From an uncultured Bacteriovoracaceae bacterium (GTDB lineage: Bacteria; Bdellovibrionota; Bacteriovoracia; Bacteriovoracales; Bacteriovoracaceae): DNA of 64,000 bases. The notes under the pieces were generated by a model. The model saw nothing but the letters and a program-made list of their open reading frames with translations, searched no databases and was not told where the DNA came from. The stretch covers positions 160,001-224,000 of the forward strand of contig CAXGUD010000001.1 of the NCBI GenBank assembly GCA_964012805.1, read 5' to 3'. Positions within the stretch are counted from its first letter, which is position 1. The number at the start of each line of letters is the position of its first letter. This document shows, piece by piece, positions 18,594-29,157 of the stretch. Both the position numbers and the translations under genes were made by a program.

Positions 18594-19226
18594 TTATAGC
18601 TTGAGGGCCTTTGAGTCGTAAAAAAGTGTAAATCCAGCAAAGATTAAATTTGGGTTTTTTATCATTAATTTATTTCTCTTAAATATTTTTTTCCACTTTT
18701 TCGAAGTACCATAAATTTTTTGAGAAATTTTTGTCAAGAAATCTCCTTTTTTAATCATGTAGGGATTTCCTTCTGGAGGCCAGGGACTTTCTGTTTTCAA
18801 TTTAAAAAACTTAAGATTCATCCCTATATCAAGATCGTATCCTTTGCCCAAGAAGCCTTGATTCCATTTAGCAAGTTCTTTCCAGAAATGGTAGTCTCCA
18901 AAGAGCTTAAAAGCTATAAGCATCAAAGTATCGCCTCCGACAACTTCATATTGTTCTTCTTCACCAAAAAAGTTTTTAGGGAATCCTTCTTTTTTCTTAT
19001 GAGCAGCAGCAATCATCGGAACTTTATCTTTTATTATTTTTGTGATCGGCTTTAAATTCTCTTTAGTGAATTCTTGTCTTTTTTTGGCCAGCTTAGGCGA
19101 GTTTTTTAAAAAGTTTTTTTTATCAGGTAAAAAACTAAAGGAATCTTTTATTGGATGTGGCTCATAGAGAATCCCCAATATCAACAGCATTGTGACGAAT
19201 AGGGAACTAATAAATGGAAAGGGCAC
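18594..19226 (-). CDS. Membrane-anchored double LysM protein
   Basis: YEVVGGDTLMLIAFKLFG and YMIKKGDFLTKISQKIYG…NPNLIFAG. Confidence 0.85.
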   Translation of the reverse strand: MPFPFISSLFVTMLLILGILYEPHPIKDSFSFLPDKKNFLKNSPKLAKKRQEFTKENLKPITKIIKDKVPMIAAAHKKKEGFPKNFFGEEEQYEVVGGDTLMLIAFKLFGDYHFWKELAKWNQGFLGKGYDLDIGMNLKFFKLKTESPWPPEGNPYMIKKGDFLTKISQKIYGTSKKWKKIFKRNKLMIKNPNLIFAGFTLFYDSKALKL

Positions 19227-19406
19227 TCTCCCCTCCTCTAAAGGATATGATCACGACCAATATACCCTTCTATTTTACCTTTTTTCAGCGCACAAAATAA
19301 CACCTTGCAACAACTTCCCCATTTTATTAACGAGTTCAAATAGACGGTATCCCTAAAAAAGAGTATTTTGCACAGGCTTATGAGAGAGTGGTCCCGGAGT
19401 AAACCT

Positions 19407-20468
19407 TTGAAGCAATCTTTTTTTAATTTTACTTTAGAAGAATTAGCGACTCCTTCTTCCAAAAACAGGACTTCTCTTCCTACTTTTTGGGCAAAAGAAG
19501 CCTTTAAGAAAGTCTATGTGGATCTAAACACTAATATCAAACAATGGAACTTCCCCACCCAGTGGGAAACTTGGTTGCAAGAAGAAGTATCATTTGACCT
19601 TTTTAAAGAGGTTAAGATTCAGCAATCAAATGACCAGACAACAAAGTTTCTTTTTTCACTTGAAGATAAAAAGTTAATTGAAACAGTCCTTATTCCATTT
19701 CGAAACCACTATTCACTTTGCCTTTCAACCCAAGTTGGTTGTGCATTTGGTTGCACTTTTTGTTTTACAGGAAAAAAGGGACTTTTACGAAACCTTAAAA
19801 CGCCTGAGATTGTAGGCCAGGTTTTGTTCATTAAAAAATGGATTTCAGAAAATAAAAAGATCATGATAAAACCCCTCAAGAATATTATGTATATGGGACA
19901 GGGAGAACCCCTCCACAACTTTGAAGCGGTCAAAAAAGCATCCCAAATATTTTTAGAACCAAGGGGTTTAAATTTTGCACCAAGAAAAATTTCCCTTTCC
20001 ACAGTAGGCCACATCCCCGCACTTAAAAGGTGGAGTGAGTTACCACCCATTAACCTATCAGTCTCGCTCCATGCCGCAACGGATGAATTGAGGGATAGGA
20101 TTATGCCTATTAATAAAAACTATGGTCTGAAAGGTCTTGTAAAAACACTTAAGGACATTTCCTTTAGCGGAAGAAAAAAAATTTCCTTCGAATACATCAT
20201 GATCCAAGGGCAAAATGACCGAGAGCAAGACATCCACCATTTGGTAGAACTTCTTAAAGACCTCCCGTGCCAAATTAACCTCATACCAACAAATTCTTTC
20301 CCAGGCTCCTCTTTTCAAAGCAGCCCCCTCACCCATATTTACGAATTTAAACAACGTCTAGTAAAGCAAGGTCTCTTTACAACTGTGAGGAAGACGAAAG
20401 GAGATGACATCCTTGCTGCCTGCGGTCAACTTAACGACTCCTTTAATCTTTCGATTGCAGATATTTAA
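19407..20468 (+). CDS. rlmN: 23S rRNA (adenine2503-C2)-methyltransferase, radical SAM
   Basis: CLSTQVGCAFGCTFC, MGQGEPL, SLHA, NLIP, DILAACGQL; likely TTG start at 19407 after GGAG. Confidence 0.92.
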   Translation: MKQSFFNFTLEELATPSSKNRTSLPTFWAKEAFKKVYVDLNTNIKQWNFPTQWETWLQEEVSFDLFKEVKIQQSNDQTTKFLFSLEDKKLIETVLIPFRNHYSLCLSTQVGCAFGCTFCFTGKKGLLRNLKTPEIVGQVLFIKKWISENKKIMIKPLKNIMYMGQGEPLHNFEAVKKASQIFLEPRGLNFAPRKISLSTVGHIPALKRWSELPPINLSVSLHAATDELRDRIMPINKNYGLKGLVKTLKDISFSGRKKISFEYIMIQGQNDREQDIHHLVELLKDLPCQINLIPTNSFPGSSFQSSPLTHIYEFKQRLVKQGLFTTVRKTKGDDILAACGQLNDSFNLSIADI

Positions 20469-20492
20469 AAGTTTTTGTATTATCCCGCTCCT

Positions 20493-21089
20493 ATGAAAAA
20501 GACCTTTCACTCGATTTTATTTTTTTTAATGATAATGGCGCCTCTAACAAATGTCAGGGCTTCTCTTTCAGAACCAAAAAACTTTAACCTTCCAAAAAAA
20601 GTAGAGGCCTTTAACCTTCTCCAAAACAAAATGTTTAAATGGGATTTTAAAAAATCAGTTTCACAAAAAGACCTTAAAGGAACCGTTATTTCCTTCCTAT
20701 CCTCAAAATGCCCATGTTCAAATTCGCACTTGATCCACCTAATGGATTTACAAGAAAAATTCCCCCAATTTTTATTTATTGGAATCAATTCAAATAAAAA
20801 AGGCATCAAAAAAGAAATCCAATCCTTTTTTAAAAAAAAAGGCCTATCCTTTCCCATTCTATTTGATAAAAATTTGAAGCTAGCAAACTCTTTTAGGGCC
20901 ATTAAAACACCCCACACCTTTGTAGTAAGTGAACAAGGCAAACTACTCTTCCATGGTGGAATTACAAACTCAATTAACTTTAAATTTGCAACAAAATTTT
21001 ACCTTAGAGAGTCTCTTTCAAGGTTAAGCAATAAGAAACCTCTCGAAAAAATTTATGCTCGTGCCATTGGATGTTCTATAACAAGATAA
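20493..21089 (+). CDS. Secreted redoxin/thioredoxin-fold protein
   Basis: Signal peptide; FLSSKCPCS, FPILFD, AIKTPHTFV, C-terminal AIGCSI. Confidence 0.8.
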   Translation: MKKTFHSILFFLMIMAPLTNVRASLSEPKNFNLPKKVEAFNLLQNKMFKWDFKKSVSQKDLKGTVISFLSSKCPCSNSHLIHLMDLQEKFPQFLFIGINSNKKGIKKEIQSFFKKKGLSFPILFDKNLKLANSFRAIKTPHTFVVSEQGKLLFHGGITNSINFKFATKFYLRESLSRLSNKKPLEKIYARAIGCSITR

Positions 21090-21125
21090 ATTAATAAACA
21101 GTCTATTATAATATGGAATAACATT

Positions 21126-21623
21126 ATGACCTTTTTTCTAAAACAATCATTTATTTTGATATCACTTCTCATCTTTAGTGGTTGTGGACCCGCTTTTTTA
21201 CAAGGAACAAATACACCCTCATCTCAAAGTGATTTTAAAAAGAAAGAGAAAGAAACCATTAAATTGGAATTTGAAAAGCTTGGTGTTGTAGGACATTTTT
21301 CTTGGCTTAAAGGCCCTTTTCCAAGCTCATCCAAAGAATCATCATTTCGTATTGCTTTTAAAGATCAGAGAGGTAACTTCACTCAATTAATTGACTCTTA
21401 TGAGTTTAGGATCTTTATCATCATGCCCTCGATGGGTCATGGCCCGGCAGACACTGGCATATTCGAACGCATTGAACCACACTTGTATGTTAACAAAGAG
21501 CTCTATTTTAATATGGAGGGAGATTGGCAGATTTTTGTTGATGTTTGCCTAAAAAACGAAGACTCATGTCAAGGTAATAACCTTATTGACAGTTCATCTT
21601 ATTTTTTTGAAATGGGATCATAA
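21126..21623 (+). CDS. Lipoprotein, YtkA/FixH-like Ig domain
   Basis: Lipobox IFSG|C; MPSMGHG and FNMEGDWQI motifs. Confidence 0.7.
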   Translation: MTFFLKQSFILISLLIFSGCGPAFLQGTNTPSSQSDFKKKEKETIKLEFEKLGVVGHFSWLKGPFPSSSKESSFRIAFKDQRGNFTQLIDSYEFRIFIIMPSMGHGPADTGIFERIEPHLYVNKELYFNMEGDWQIFVDVCLKNEDSCQGNNLIDSSSYFFEMGS

Positions 21624-21656
21624 TACGTCATAAAAACAAAAGAAACTGACTCAGAA

Positions 21657-22592
21657 ATGAAAAGAAAACCTAAGTACCTGGCCCCGATCCTATTTTGGTC
21701 CTCTCTTCTTTTTTTTCCCTTAAAAATTATGGGGGCATCCTGCTGTGGGAGCGGTTCTAGTCTTCCCTCACTCATTACTGGTGACACTCGAACGCAAATA
21801 AACCTTTCAATGACAAGGTCAAAACTTTTAGGTAAACAGCTATCGAACTTTAAGGAAACAATTTGGACCCCTTCAGATGACAGTAAAACACAAAAAATTT
21901 TTTTACAGGGCTCATACCTTTTTGATAACTATATTCAAATAGGGCTGGGATTACCTTATTTTTTTAAACAAAATTATGAAAATAGAATTAGAAAGTCCAA
22001 TCAGTATTTTGGAGATGTAGAGCTTCAAGCAGCTTATGAAGTTCTTCCTGAGGTTTTTTACTCTAATTGGTTACCCAGAGTCTTCATCTTTTCAAAAATA
22101 ACCGTTCCAACAGGGTCATCAATTTACGAAAAAGAATCTTATGATGAAGTTGAAGTTACTGGACAAGGCCACTCCTCTGTCTCTCTCGGTGCTTTATTTC
22201 TTAAAGCAAAATCGTCTATAGATATACAATTTATGGCCGAAATTCACAAAGGCCTTAAGCGAAGGTTTACAAAAAGAAAACTTCTTCTTGAACCAGGTCT
22301 TGGAGCAAGTGCCCTTCTTTCCGCAGGTTTTTCTCCCAGTAATAATCCATGGAGGTGGGGAATAAGTTTATCACCAAACTATGAAGGACCACAAACACTT
22401 ACTTTTTCAAATAAAAGTTTTAAAACTGATTACGAATTTTATTGGGATACGACGGCCAGTGGAAGCTATCTCTACTCAAGGTATACTTCTTTTCACTTTG
22501 CTATAACTGACCAAACGATTTTAGGTCCTGTTCACAACACATCTCTTTCAAGAACATTTTCTTTAAATGTTCAAAAAAGGTGGCCGCTTTAA
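21657..22592 (+). CDS. Putative outer-membrane beta-barrel (MetA-pathway-like transporter) with N-terminal CC motif
   Basis: Signal peptide then ASCCGSG; FGDVEL, ITVPTG, alternating aromatic beta strands. Confidence 0.55.
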   Translation: MKRKPKYLAPILFWSSLLFFPLKIMGASCCGSGSSLPSLITGDTRTQINLSMTRSKLLGKQLSNFKETIWTPSDDSKTQKIFLQGSYLFDNYIQIGLGLPYFFKQNYENRIRKSNQYFGDVELQAAYEVLPEVFYSNWLPRVFIFSKITVPTGSSIYEKESYDEVEVTGQGHSSVSLGALFLKAKSSIDIQFMAEIHKGLKRRFTKRKLLLEPGLGASALLSAGFSPSNNPWRWGISLSPNYEGPQTLTFSNKSFKTDYEFYWDTTASGSYLYSRYTSFHFAITDQTILGPVHNTSLSRTFSLNVQKRWPL

Positions 22593-22649
22593 CGGATTTT
22601 TTTATAACTAAAATTAATAAACCCAAAAACCAAATTAATAGGAGAATCT

Positions 22650-23186
22650 ATGAAAATTCTAAACTTTAAATCCATTTTTTTTATGGCCTTATTACTATTC
22701 ACTCCCCTTACATTCTCGCAAACGATAGAAGACTATAATGAAAGCTGCCCCCTCTATTTTTCCGACTTGGATGTATGTGCAGAAATCAAATGGGTCAATG
22801 GCCCCAATTTACATGTTGGAAGACACGGAAGAGGTCATAGAGGTTATCATTCAATGAATATAACTAAATACTCAACCCTTGATATTCTTTTCTACAAAGC
22901 AGGAGATAACTCATACACTCCTCTAAGCTTTCCGTTTATTAAAGTTTATCCATGGATGATTATGCATGGGATGGAACACGGCTCTAGGCCAGTTGTCATA
23001 AATAGACTTTCCAACGGATCCTACAGAGTTTCAAAAATACTTTTCACAAAAATGAATCATGGTTTTTGGGAAATGAGGTTTAAAATAGATCAAACAATTG
23101 AGCAAAACTTTGACCCTAAAGCAGATTACAACCTTAAGTTCAAAGTAAAGTTCACTAACCCGACCACTCACAGACACCATCACTAA
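22650..23186 (+). CDS. Secreted His/Met-rich protein, YtkA-like
   Basis: Signal peptide; HVGRHGRGHRGYH, PWMIMHGMEHGS, GFWEMRF, C-terminal HRHHH. Confidence 0.65.
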   Translation: MKILNFKSIFFMALLLFTPLTFSQTIEDYNESCPLYFSDLDVCAEIKWVNGPNLHVGRHGRGHRGYHSMNITKYSTLDILFYKAGDNSYTPLSFPFIKVYPWMIMHGMEHGSRPVVINRLSNGSYRVSKILFTKMNHGFWEMRFKIDQTIEQNFDPKADYNLKFKVKFTNPTTHRHHH

Positions 23187-23221
23187 GAATTGCTTATTTT
23201 AAACCTAAAGGCGACCTGGTA

Positions 23222-23596
23222 TTAACCCGGTCGTTTTTCTGTAAGCTTATCAATAACCCTAGAGAGGTTTTTTTCTGAAATAGGCTTTAACATAAAAAAG
23301 TCAATTCCAATTGTTTTGATCTCTCTCTTAAAATCTGGATCCGTCTCGGTTGTTAGCATAATTATGGGTGGTACTTCTATTTCTTCTTCCCTTATTTTCT
23401 TCAACATAGCGAGACCATCCATCTCAGGCATATGATGGTCAACTATTAATAAATTAAAAGAATTATTTTCTTTAAGAAGTTCATATCCTTCTCTTCCATT
23501 TTCCTTTTCAGAAACATCCAAACCCTTATTAATTAAAAGAGTTTTCACCTTTTTCCGAAACTCCTTGGAATCATCCACTATTAGGACCTTAACCAT
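23222..23596 (-). CDS. Single-domain response regulator (CheY-like)
   Basis: VLIVDDS, VDHHMPEMDG, MLTT, KP. Confidence 0.9.
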   Translation of the reverse strand: MVKVLIVDDSKEFRKKVKTLLINKGLDVSEKENGREGYELLKENNSFNLLIVDHHMPEMDGLAMLKKIREEEIEVPPIIMLTTETDPDFKREIKTIGIDFFMLKPISEKNLSRVIDKLTEKRPG

Positions 23597-23770
23597 TAAT
23601 AACTCCCGATTAAGAAATGAAACACAGAGTGCGTTACGAAAAAAGTAACCAAAGCTTTAAAAGTTTTGTTATGAGAAAAGAGAGGGGTAAATTCTTCCAA
23701 AACAAAAAGCCCCAAGCTTTTCTTAAGCTTAAGGCCTCATAAGTAACAATTAGTTGAATGATAGATAAAA

Positions 23771-24535
23771 CTACCTAAAAATACCATGCTCTTTCAAAAA
23801 CCATGAGGAGGATGGGGTATTTATATCAATAGCGATACCTTCATATTTGTCAGTTGTCCGACTCCAAACACCTACAATTTTTCCTTTAGCAAAAACAGGC
23901 CCACCGGAATCTCCGAAGTTGCCTAAAGCAACCTTTCCTTCTTTATTTAGACTATGGGGAGAACTATCAACATAGATATAAGAAGGTCTTCTTGAAAACC
24001 CTGCAATATAGTTTTCCCCCCACCTTTTTACGCCGGCCCTTTTTAAAACACTAAATACATCAATTTCATCTGTCCCATATCCGACAAGCTCAATTTTTTC
24101 CCCAAATCCTGGTCGTTTTGAAGCGACTTCAGAAAAATTTGTAACAATACCTTCTTCAAATTCTAAAATTCCAATATCCCATTGATTAGATCCACTTCTC
24201 CTGGCCCAACCGGGATGCCTAAAGGCCCTCTTAGAGCGGCCCCGAACCAAATACTTACCCTTTTTAATATCCAACTTCTCAACAATCAATAGCTGAACTT
24301 CAACCTCTCCATTATCATCTTGTTCTCCCCCCATACAATGAGCGGCCGTCAGCACTTGCGTTGGAGAGACAAAGGTTCCCGTGCAAATCTCACCAGTTTT
24401 TTCATTATAAAGACAAACAACGCTCTCATAATCTGATTCTTCCAAGGGAACCCCATTAATCACGGCCAAAGCTAAGGTACAAGAAATATAAGTAAAAAAG
24501 GAAGCAGATCGTAAAAAAAGAAAAAAAGTTTTCAT
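23771..24535 (-). CDS. Secreted S1 (trypsin-like) serine protease
   Basis: CTGTFVS, LTAAHC, DIGIL, GDSGGP. Confidence 0.92.
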   Translation of the reverse strand: MKTFFLFLRSASFFTYISCTLALAVINGVPLEESDYESVVCLYNEKTGEICTGTFVSPTQVLTAAHCMGGEQDDNGEVEVQLLIVEKLDIKKGKYLVRGRSKRAFRHPGWARRSGSNQWDIGILEFEEGIVTNFSEVASKRPGFGEKIELVGYGTDEIDVFSVLKRAGVKRWGENYIAGFSRRPSYIYVDSSPHSLNKEGKVALGNFGDSGGPVFAKGKIVGVWSRTTDKYEGIAIDINTPSSSWFLKEHGIFR

Positions 24536-24685
24536 AATTTATCCTTAAAAAATTTAAACCATTTAAAAAAAGACCAATAAAAGTAACTTCCCTATAGGGA
24601 AATTCCTTTTAATAGATCGGGCCACAATTTAAGAGTAGAATATTAAAGTCTCCAAAACTTTTATTGTCAAATTAAGGGGTACTTA

Positions 24686-25939
24686 ATGACGTTCAAATTT
24701 TTTAAAATGACGATAGTTTCACTCTTTATCCTATCAACTTATGTTTCAGCAAATGACCAGTTAACAATTGTAACTTTCCAATTTAAAAAAAAGGAAGATA
24801 GGGACTTAGCGGCACGCTTCTCCCATCTAGATATCCTTTCGCAAAATACAGGTAAAGCTATCGTTAATTCATATGACTTAAAAATGATGAAAGAAAAGAT
24901 CCCGCACCTGATTCTTGAAGCAAAACCTCTCAAAACAACTGCTTTTAAAGGCGGTCCTTCAATAAAAGGAAAGGAAGAGGAGATTGAATTTCCACAAGGA
25001 GACGAAAAGTTTCACACCTATAAAGAAGTCACCGACCTCCTTAAAAAATACGCTCGAGACTTTCCCACAATCACGAGCCTTTCCTCAATAGGTACTACAA
25101 TTCAAGGAAGAAGCATGTGGGCCCTTAAGTTGACGAATCAAAAAAACCTTCGAAATGAAAAGGTCCCTGGAATTATTTTCATGGGAACACACCACGCCAG
25201 GGAACACCTCTCCACGGAAGTTCCTATGGGACTTATAAAGCACCTTCTTACCAATTATGAAAAAGACCCTGCAATTAAAGATCTAATCGATTCCAGAGAA
25301 ATTATAATTGTTCCAATGATTAACCCAGACGGGGCAATGCACGATATAAAAGGCAGGCGTTACAAAATGTGGCGGAAAAATATGAGGAAAGAAAGGAATG
25401 ACCTTTATGGCGTCGACCTTAACAGAAACTACGGCTACAAGTGGGGTACCGGTGGATCCTCATCAAGCCGACGCTCTGATGTCTTCATGGGCCCTAAACC
25501 ATTTTCTGAACCTGAAACAATTGCCGTTAAGGACTTCCTAGAGGAAAATGAGCACATTAAAATTGTTCTCAGCTACCACACTTTTTCCGAGCTCATCCTA
25601 TACCCTTGGGGGCATAAGAATGCAGGAGTTGGTGGTAAAGATCAAAAGGTTTTTGAAAAAATGGCAAAGAAAATGTCATCCTGGACAGGCTACAAACCTC
25701 AACGCTCTTCTGACCTTTATATCGCCTCAGGCGATACTTGCGACTGGGTTTACGGTGCTTTAAAAAAGTTTTGTTTTACCTTTGAACTGACCCCTAAAAA
25801 TTATTGGCAAGGTGGCTTTTATCCAGGGGCCAAAGTTATTGATAGAGTTATTAAGGCCAACATAAAACCGGCCCTTTACCTTATTAAAAATGCTATCGAC
25901 CCCTATGCAGTCCTTAAGGAGCCTCGCACAAATATTTAA
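24686..25939 (+). CDS. M14 zinc carboxypeptidase (carboxypeptidase T-like), secreted with propeptide
   Basis: HHAREH, NPDG, WRKN, GVDLNRN, FSEPET, SYHTF, FTFEL. Confidence 0.92.
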   Translation: MTFKFFKMTIVSLFILSTYVSANDQLTIVTFQFKKKEDRDLAARFSHLDILSQNTGKAIVNSYDLKMMKEKIPHLILEAKPLKTTAFKGGPSIKGKEEEIEFPQGDEKFHTYKEVTDLLKKYARDFPTITSLSSIGTTIQGRSMWALKLTNQKNLRNEKVPGIIFMGTHHAREHLSTEVPMGLIKHLLTNYEKDPAIKDLIDSREIIIVPMINPDGAMHDIKGRRYKMWRKNMRKERNDLYGVDLNRNYGYKWGTGGSSSSRRSDVFMGPKPFSEPETIAVKDFLEENEHIKIVLSYHTFSELILYPWGHKNAGVGGKDQKVFEKMAKKMSSWTGYKPQRSSDLYIASGDTCDWVYGALKKFCFTFELTPKNYWQGGFYPGAKVIDRVIKANIKPALYLIKNAIDPYAVLKEPRTNI

Positions 25940-26020
25940 ACTCCTTCGTAGACACGTCTTTGAAACTATAATAGTCTCTAGGGGAATTTTTTTATTTTTT
26001 AATTCCCCGGAGGTCTACTC

Positions 26021-27925
26021 ATGGACACTAATATTTCTTCTTTTTCTGAATATGAATCTCACTACAAAAAAGCACAGGAAAACCCAAAGAATTATTGGGC
26101 CACTTTTGCAGAGCAGTTCACATGGAAAAAAAAGTGGAACTCCATTCAAACAGGCAACTTTAATGACCTAGACGTTAAATGGTTTGAAGGTGGGGAACTT
26201 AATATCACAGAAAATTGCCTTGATAGGCACCTGAAAGAAAAAGGTGATAAACTCGCCCTCATCTATGAGCCCAATGACCCCAATGAACCCACAAGAAAAT
26301 ATACTTTTAATGAACTTCATCAAGAAGTTTGCCGCTTTGCCAATGTTTTAAAAAATAATGGTGTCCAAAAAGGGGATCGTCTTTGTTTTTACATGGCGAT
26401 GGTGCCAGAGCTCCTAATTGGAATTTTAGCGTGTGCCAGAGTTGGTGCTATCCACTCCGTCGTTTTTGCAGGCTTCTCTGCAGAATCATTAGCAGGCAGA
26501 ATTCAGGATGCTGAATGCAAATGGCTTTTTACAAATGACTTTGGTCTTAGAGGAGACAAAAAAATTCCTCTTAAAAATATTTCTGATCAGGCCCTCGAAA
26601 AATGCCCTAGTGTTGAAAAAGTTGTGGTCTATAAAAGGACAGAAGAAAATATAAACATGAAAGAAGGCCGCGATTTTTGGTGGCATGACCTTATGGAGGG
26701 TGTGTCCGCGGACCATGAAGCTGAGACCATGAACTCAGAAGACCCTCTTTTTATCCTCTATACGTCAGGCTCTACAGGAAAGCCTAAAGGCATCCTCCAC
26801 ACCACTGCCGGTTATATGATTTATGCAACTTATACCTTTAGAAATGTTTTTCAGGTTAAAGAAGAAGACCTCTACTGGTGTGGAGCTGATATTGGATGGA
26901 TTACGGGGCACTCATATATAACTTATGGACCGCTTCTTAATGGAGCGACCACAATGATGTTTGAAGGGGTCCCTACTTATCCAGATGCAAGCCGCTTTTG
27001 GGAAATTATTGATAAATACAAAGTAACGCATTTTTATACGGCCCCTACGGCCATAAGGGCGCTTCAGGCCCAAGATGTTAATTTAGTAAGAAAGCATGAC
27101 TTAAGTTCATTAAAAGTTCTAGGAACAGTTGGTGAGCCTATTAATGAGGAGGCATGGCAATGGTACCACAAAGAGGTAGGTAAGGAGAAATGCCCTATCG
27201 TTGATACTTGGTGGCAAACTGAAACAGGAGGAATAATGATTTCACCTCTTGCAGGAATTACCAAACTCAAGCCAACATTCGCCACACTTCCATTACCAGG
27301 TATTTGTCCTGTCCTTCTTGATGATGAAGGAAAAGAAATTGAAGGAAATGGTGTAAGTGGAAACCTTTGTATCAAACACCCATGGCCCTCCATGGCAAGA
27401 ACCGTTTATGGCGACCACAACCGCTATAGAGACACTTATTTTTCTCGTTTTCCAGGCTATTACTTCACGGGAGATGGCTGCAAGAGAGATGAGGAAGGTT
27501 TCTATCGTATAACAGGACGAGTAGACGATGTCTTAAACGTTTCAGGTCACCGTTTAGGAACTGCTGAAATAGAAGATGCAATAAACCAATGCGAGGAGAT
27601 TGTTGAATCTGCTGTTGTGGGCTTCCCGCACGAAATAAAGGGTCAAGGAATTTACGCCTACGTTATTCCAAAAAGTTCAATTGAAAATAAAGATGACCTT
27701 AAAAAGAAAGTTAATGAAACTATTACAAAAATTATTGGTCCCCTAGCAAAGCCGGATAAGTTGCAAATTGTTCCAGGTCTACCTAAAACCCGTTCAGGGA
27801 AAATTATGAGGAGAATTCTAAGAAAGATAGCTGCTGGAGACTTTACAAACTTTGGGGATACATCAACATTGTTAGACCCTAGCGTGGTAGAGTCCATCAA
27901 GGAAGGATTTCAACAAACGCTTTAA
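26021..27925 (+). CDS. acs: Acetate--CoA ligase
   Basis: LYTSGSTGKPKG, DIGWITGHSY, VGEPIN, DTWWQTETGG, GRVDD, PKTRSGKIMRR. Confidence 0.97.
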   Translation: MDTNISSFSEYESHYKKAQENPKNYWATFAEQFTWKKKWNSIQTGNFNDLDVKWFEGGELNITENCLDRHLKEKGDKLALIYEPNDPNEPTRKYTFNELHQEVCRFANVLKNNGVQKGDRLCFYMAMVPELLIGILACARVGAIHSVVFAGFSAESLAGRIQDAECKWLFTNDFGLRGDKKIPLKNISDQALEKCPSVEKVVVYKRTEENINMKEGRDFWWHDLMEGVSADHEAETMNSEDPLFILYTSGSTGKPKGILHTTAGYMIYATYTFRNVFQVKEEDLYWCGADIGWITGHSYITYGPLLNGATTMMFEGVPTYPDASRFWEIIDKYKVTHFYTAPTAIRALQAQDVNLVRKHDLSSLKVLGTVGEPINEEAWQWYHKEVGKEKCPIVDTWWQTETGGIMISPLAGITKLKPTFATLPLPGICPVLLDDEGKEIEGNGVSGNLCIKHPWPSMARTVYGDHNRYRDTYFSRFPGYYFTGDGCKRDEEGFYRITGRVDDVLNVSGHRLGTAEIEDAINQCEEIVESAVVGFPHEIKGQGIYAYVIPKSSIENKDDLKKKVNETITKIIGPLAKPDKLQIVPGLPKTRSGKIMRRILRKIAAGDFTNFGDTSTLLDPSVVESIKEGFQQTL

Positions 27926-27938
27926 ATAAGGTCGTTTT

Positions 27939-28565
27939 TTAGTTTCCTTGTGAAAGATTTAATTTATGCATAGAAAAGAGTAAGGTAGTGAAAAGGTCCA
28001 AACATTGCTTTTTCACTTCCGGATCTCTTTCTTTTAAGTTCATTAAATAGCTCTGAGTTACTTCCTTAATTCCGAGAATATAGCCACCAACCTTGTCATC
28101 ATGGATATGCTCTAGGATAAGCTTTAACATTTGTTGTCCCTCAACATAGTATTTGGCAGGGTTTTGTTCTGGAGCAAGCTTGACTAACTTTTCAACAAGC
28201 CTAAGACAAACATCATTGGTATCCAGTTGATAACCTTCTTCCTTTAACTTCTCGTTATAGTGAATAAGAACCAAATTTGAAAAGGCAACATCCATTGCAA
28301 ACTGATGGGTCGGTTCCAAGACGAAATCTTTTTTCTTTCCAACCAGAGAATTTTTAACAATATGAAAAATATCGAGAACAACAGCTTTTTTTAGTCTTTT
28401 TTCAAAGTTCTCAGGGAGCGCCTTAGGAAAGGGACCAAAAGTTCCATCATAAAGCTTTTCAACAATACCTCTCGTTGTTGGTTTTTCCTCAAGGCCCTTT
28501 AGCTCTTCCTCATACTTTTTAGACCTAAAAAACCTTTCTTTTAAGGAGTTAAACCAACCCATCAT
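27939..28565 (-). CDS. Hypothetical protein
   Basis: 208-aa ORF; no family recognised. Confidence 0.65.
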   Translation of the reverse strand: MMGWFNSLKERFFRSKKYEEELKGLEEKPTTRGIVEKLYDGTFGPFPKALPENFEKRLKKAVVLDIFHIVKNSLVGKKKDFVLEPTHQFAMDVAFSNLVLIHYNEKLKEEGYQLDTNDVCLRLVEKLVKLAPEQNPAKYYVEGQQMLKLILEHIHDDKVGGYILGIKEVTQSYLMNLKERDPEVKKQCLDLFTTLLFSMHKLNLSQGN

Positions 28566-28592
28566 AAAATTCTCACTTTTTTTAGAGATAGA

Positions 28593-28976
28593 CTATCCTT
28601 TCTTTTTTCTTTTAAGAACTCTTTCAACGGCCGATAAAACTTTTTCCGATTTAAAAGGCTTGGTTATCCAGGCAACAACCCCAGCATCTTTCCCAATTTC
28701 TTTACTTGCCTTGCTTGCCTCAGTCGTCAACATTAAAATCGGAATGTCTTTTAAAACATCATCCAAATGGACTAGGCGTACCATTTCCAAACCATCCATT
28801 TCTGGCATATTTACATCACACAAGACAATATCAATTTTGTCTTTTGAATCTTTCAATGCCTCAAGACCTAATCGACCATTTTCTGCTTCAATGACCTCAT
28901 AGTCGGCTTCTGCAAAAGCCCTCTGTAATTGGACACGAACAGTTTCAGAGTCATCAATGATAAGTATAGTTCTCAC
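28593..28976 (-). CDS. Single-domain response regulator (CheY-like)
   Basis: ILIIDDS, CDVNMPEMDG, MLTTE, WITKPF. Confidence 0.92.
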   Translation of the reverse strand: MRTILIIDDSETVRVQLQRAFAEADYEVIEAENGRLGLEALKDSKDKIDIVLCDVNMPEMDGLEMVRLVHLDDVLKDIPILMLTTEASKASKEIGKDAGVVAWITKPFKSEKVLSAVERVLKRKKKG

Positions 28977-29105
28977 CTATTCACCTTCTAATTTTATTAA
29001 CTTTAAGTAGAGTATAAGCCGAAAAAAAAATGGCGGGTATGGAGTAAAAAACTCTTTTCCTAGATTGAAACAGAGTAAAGAAGCCTGAGTTAAAACATCC
29101 GAGAT

Positions 29106-29135
29106 AAAAAGGGGGGTGTGTTTTCCCCCCTTTTT
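29106..29135. terminator. Intrinsic terminator (bidirectional-looking) downstream of the YceI gene
   Basis: aaaaagggggg-tgtgtttt-ccccccttttt. Confidence 0.8.
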
Positions 29136-29157
29136 AATAGGTCAATAAGAAAGCTAA

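Noticed and set aside
19238..19462. 74-aa minus-strand ORF upstream of rlmN
   Set aside because: Overlaps the rlmN start and the divergent promoter region; no recognisable motif
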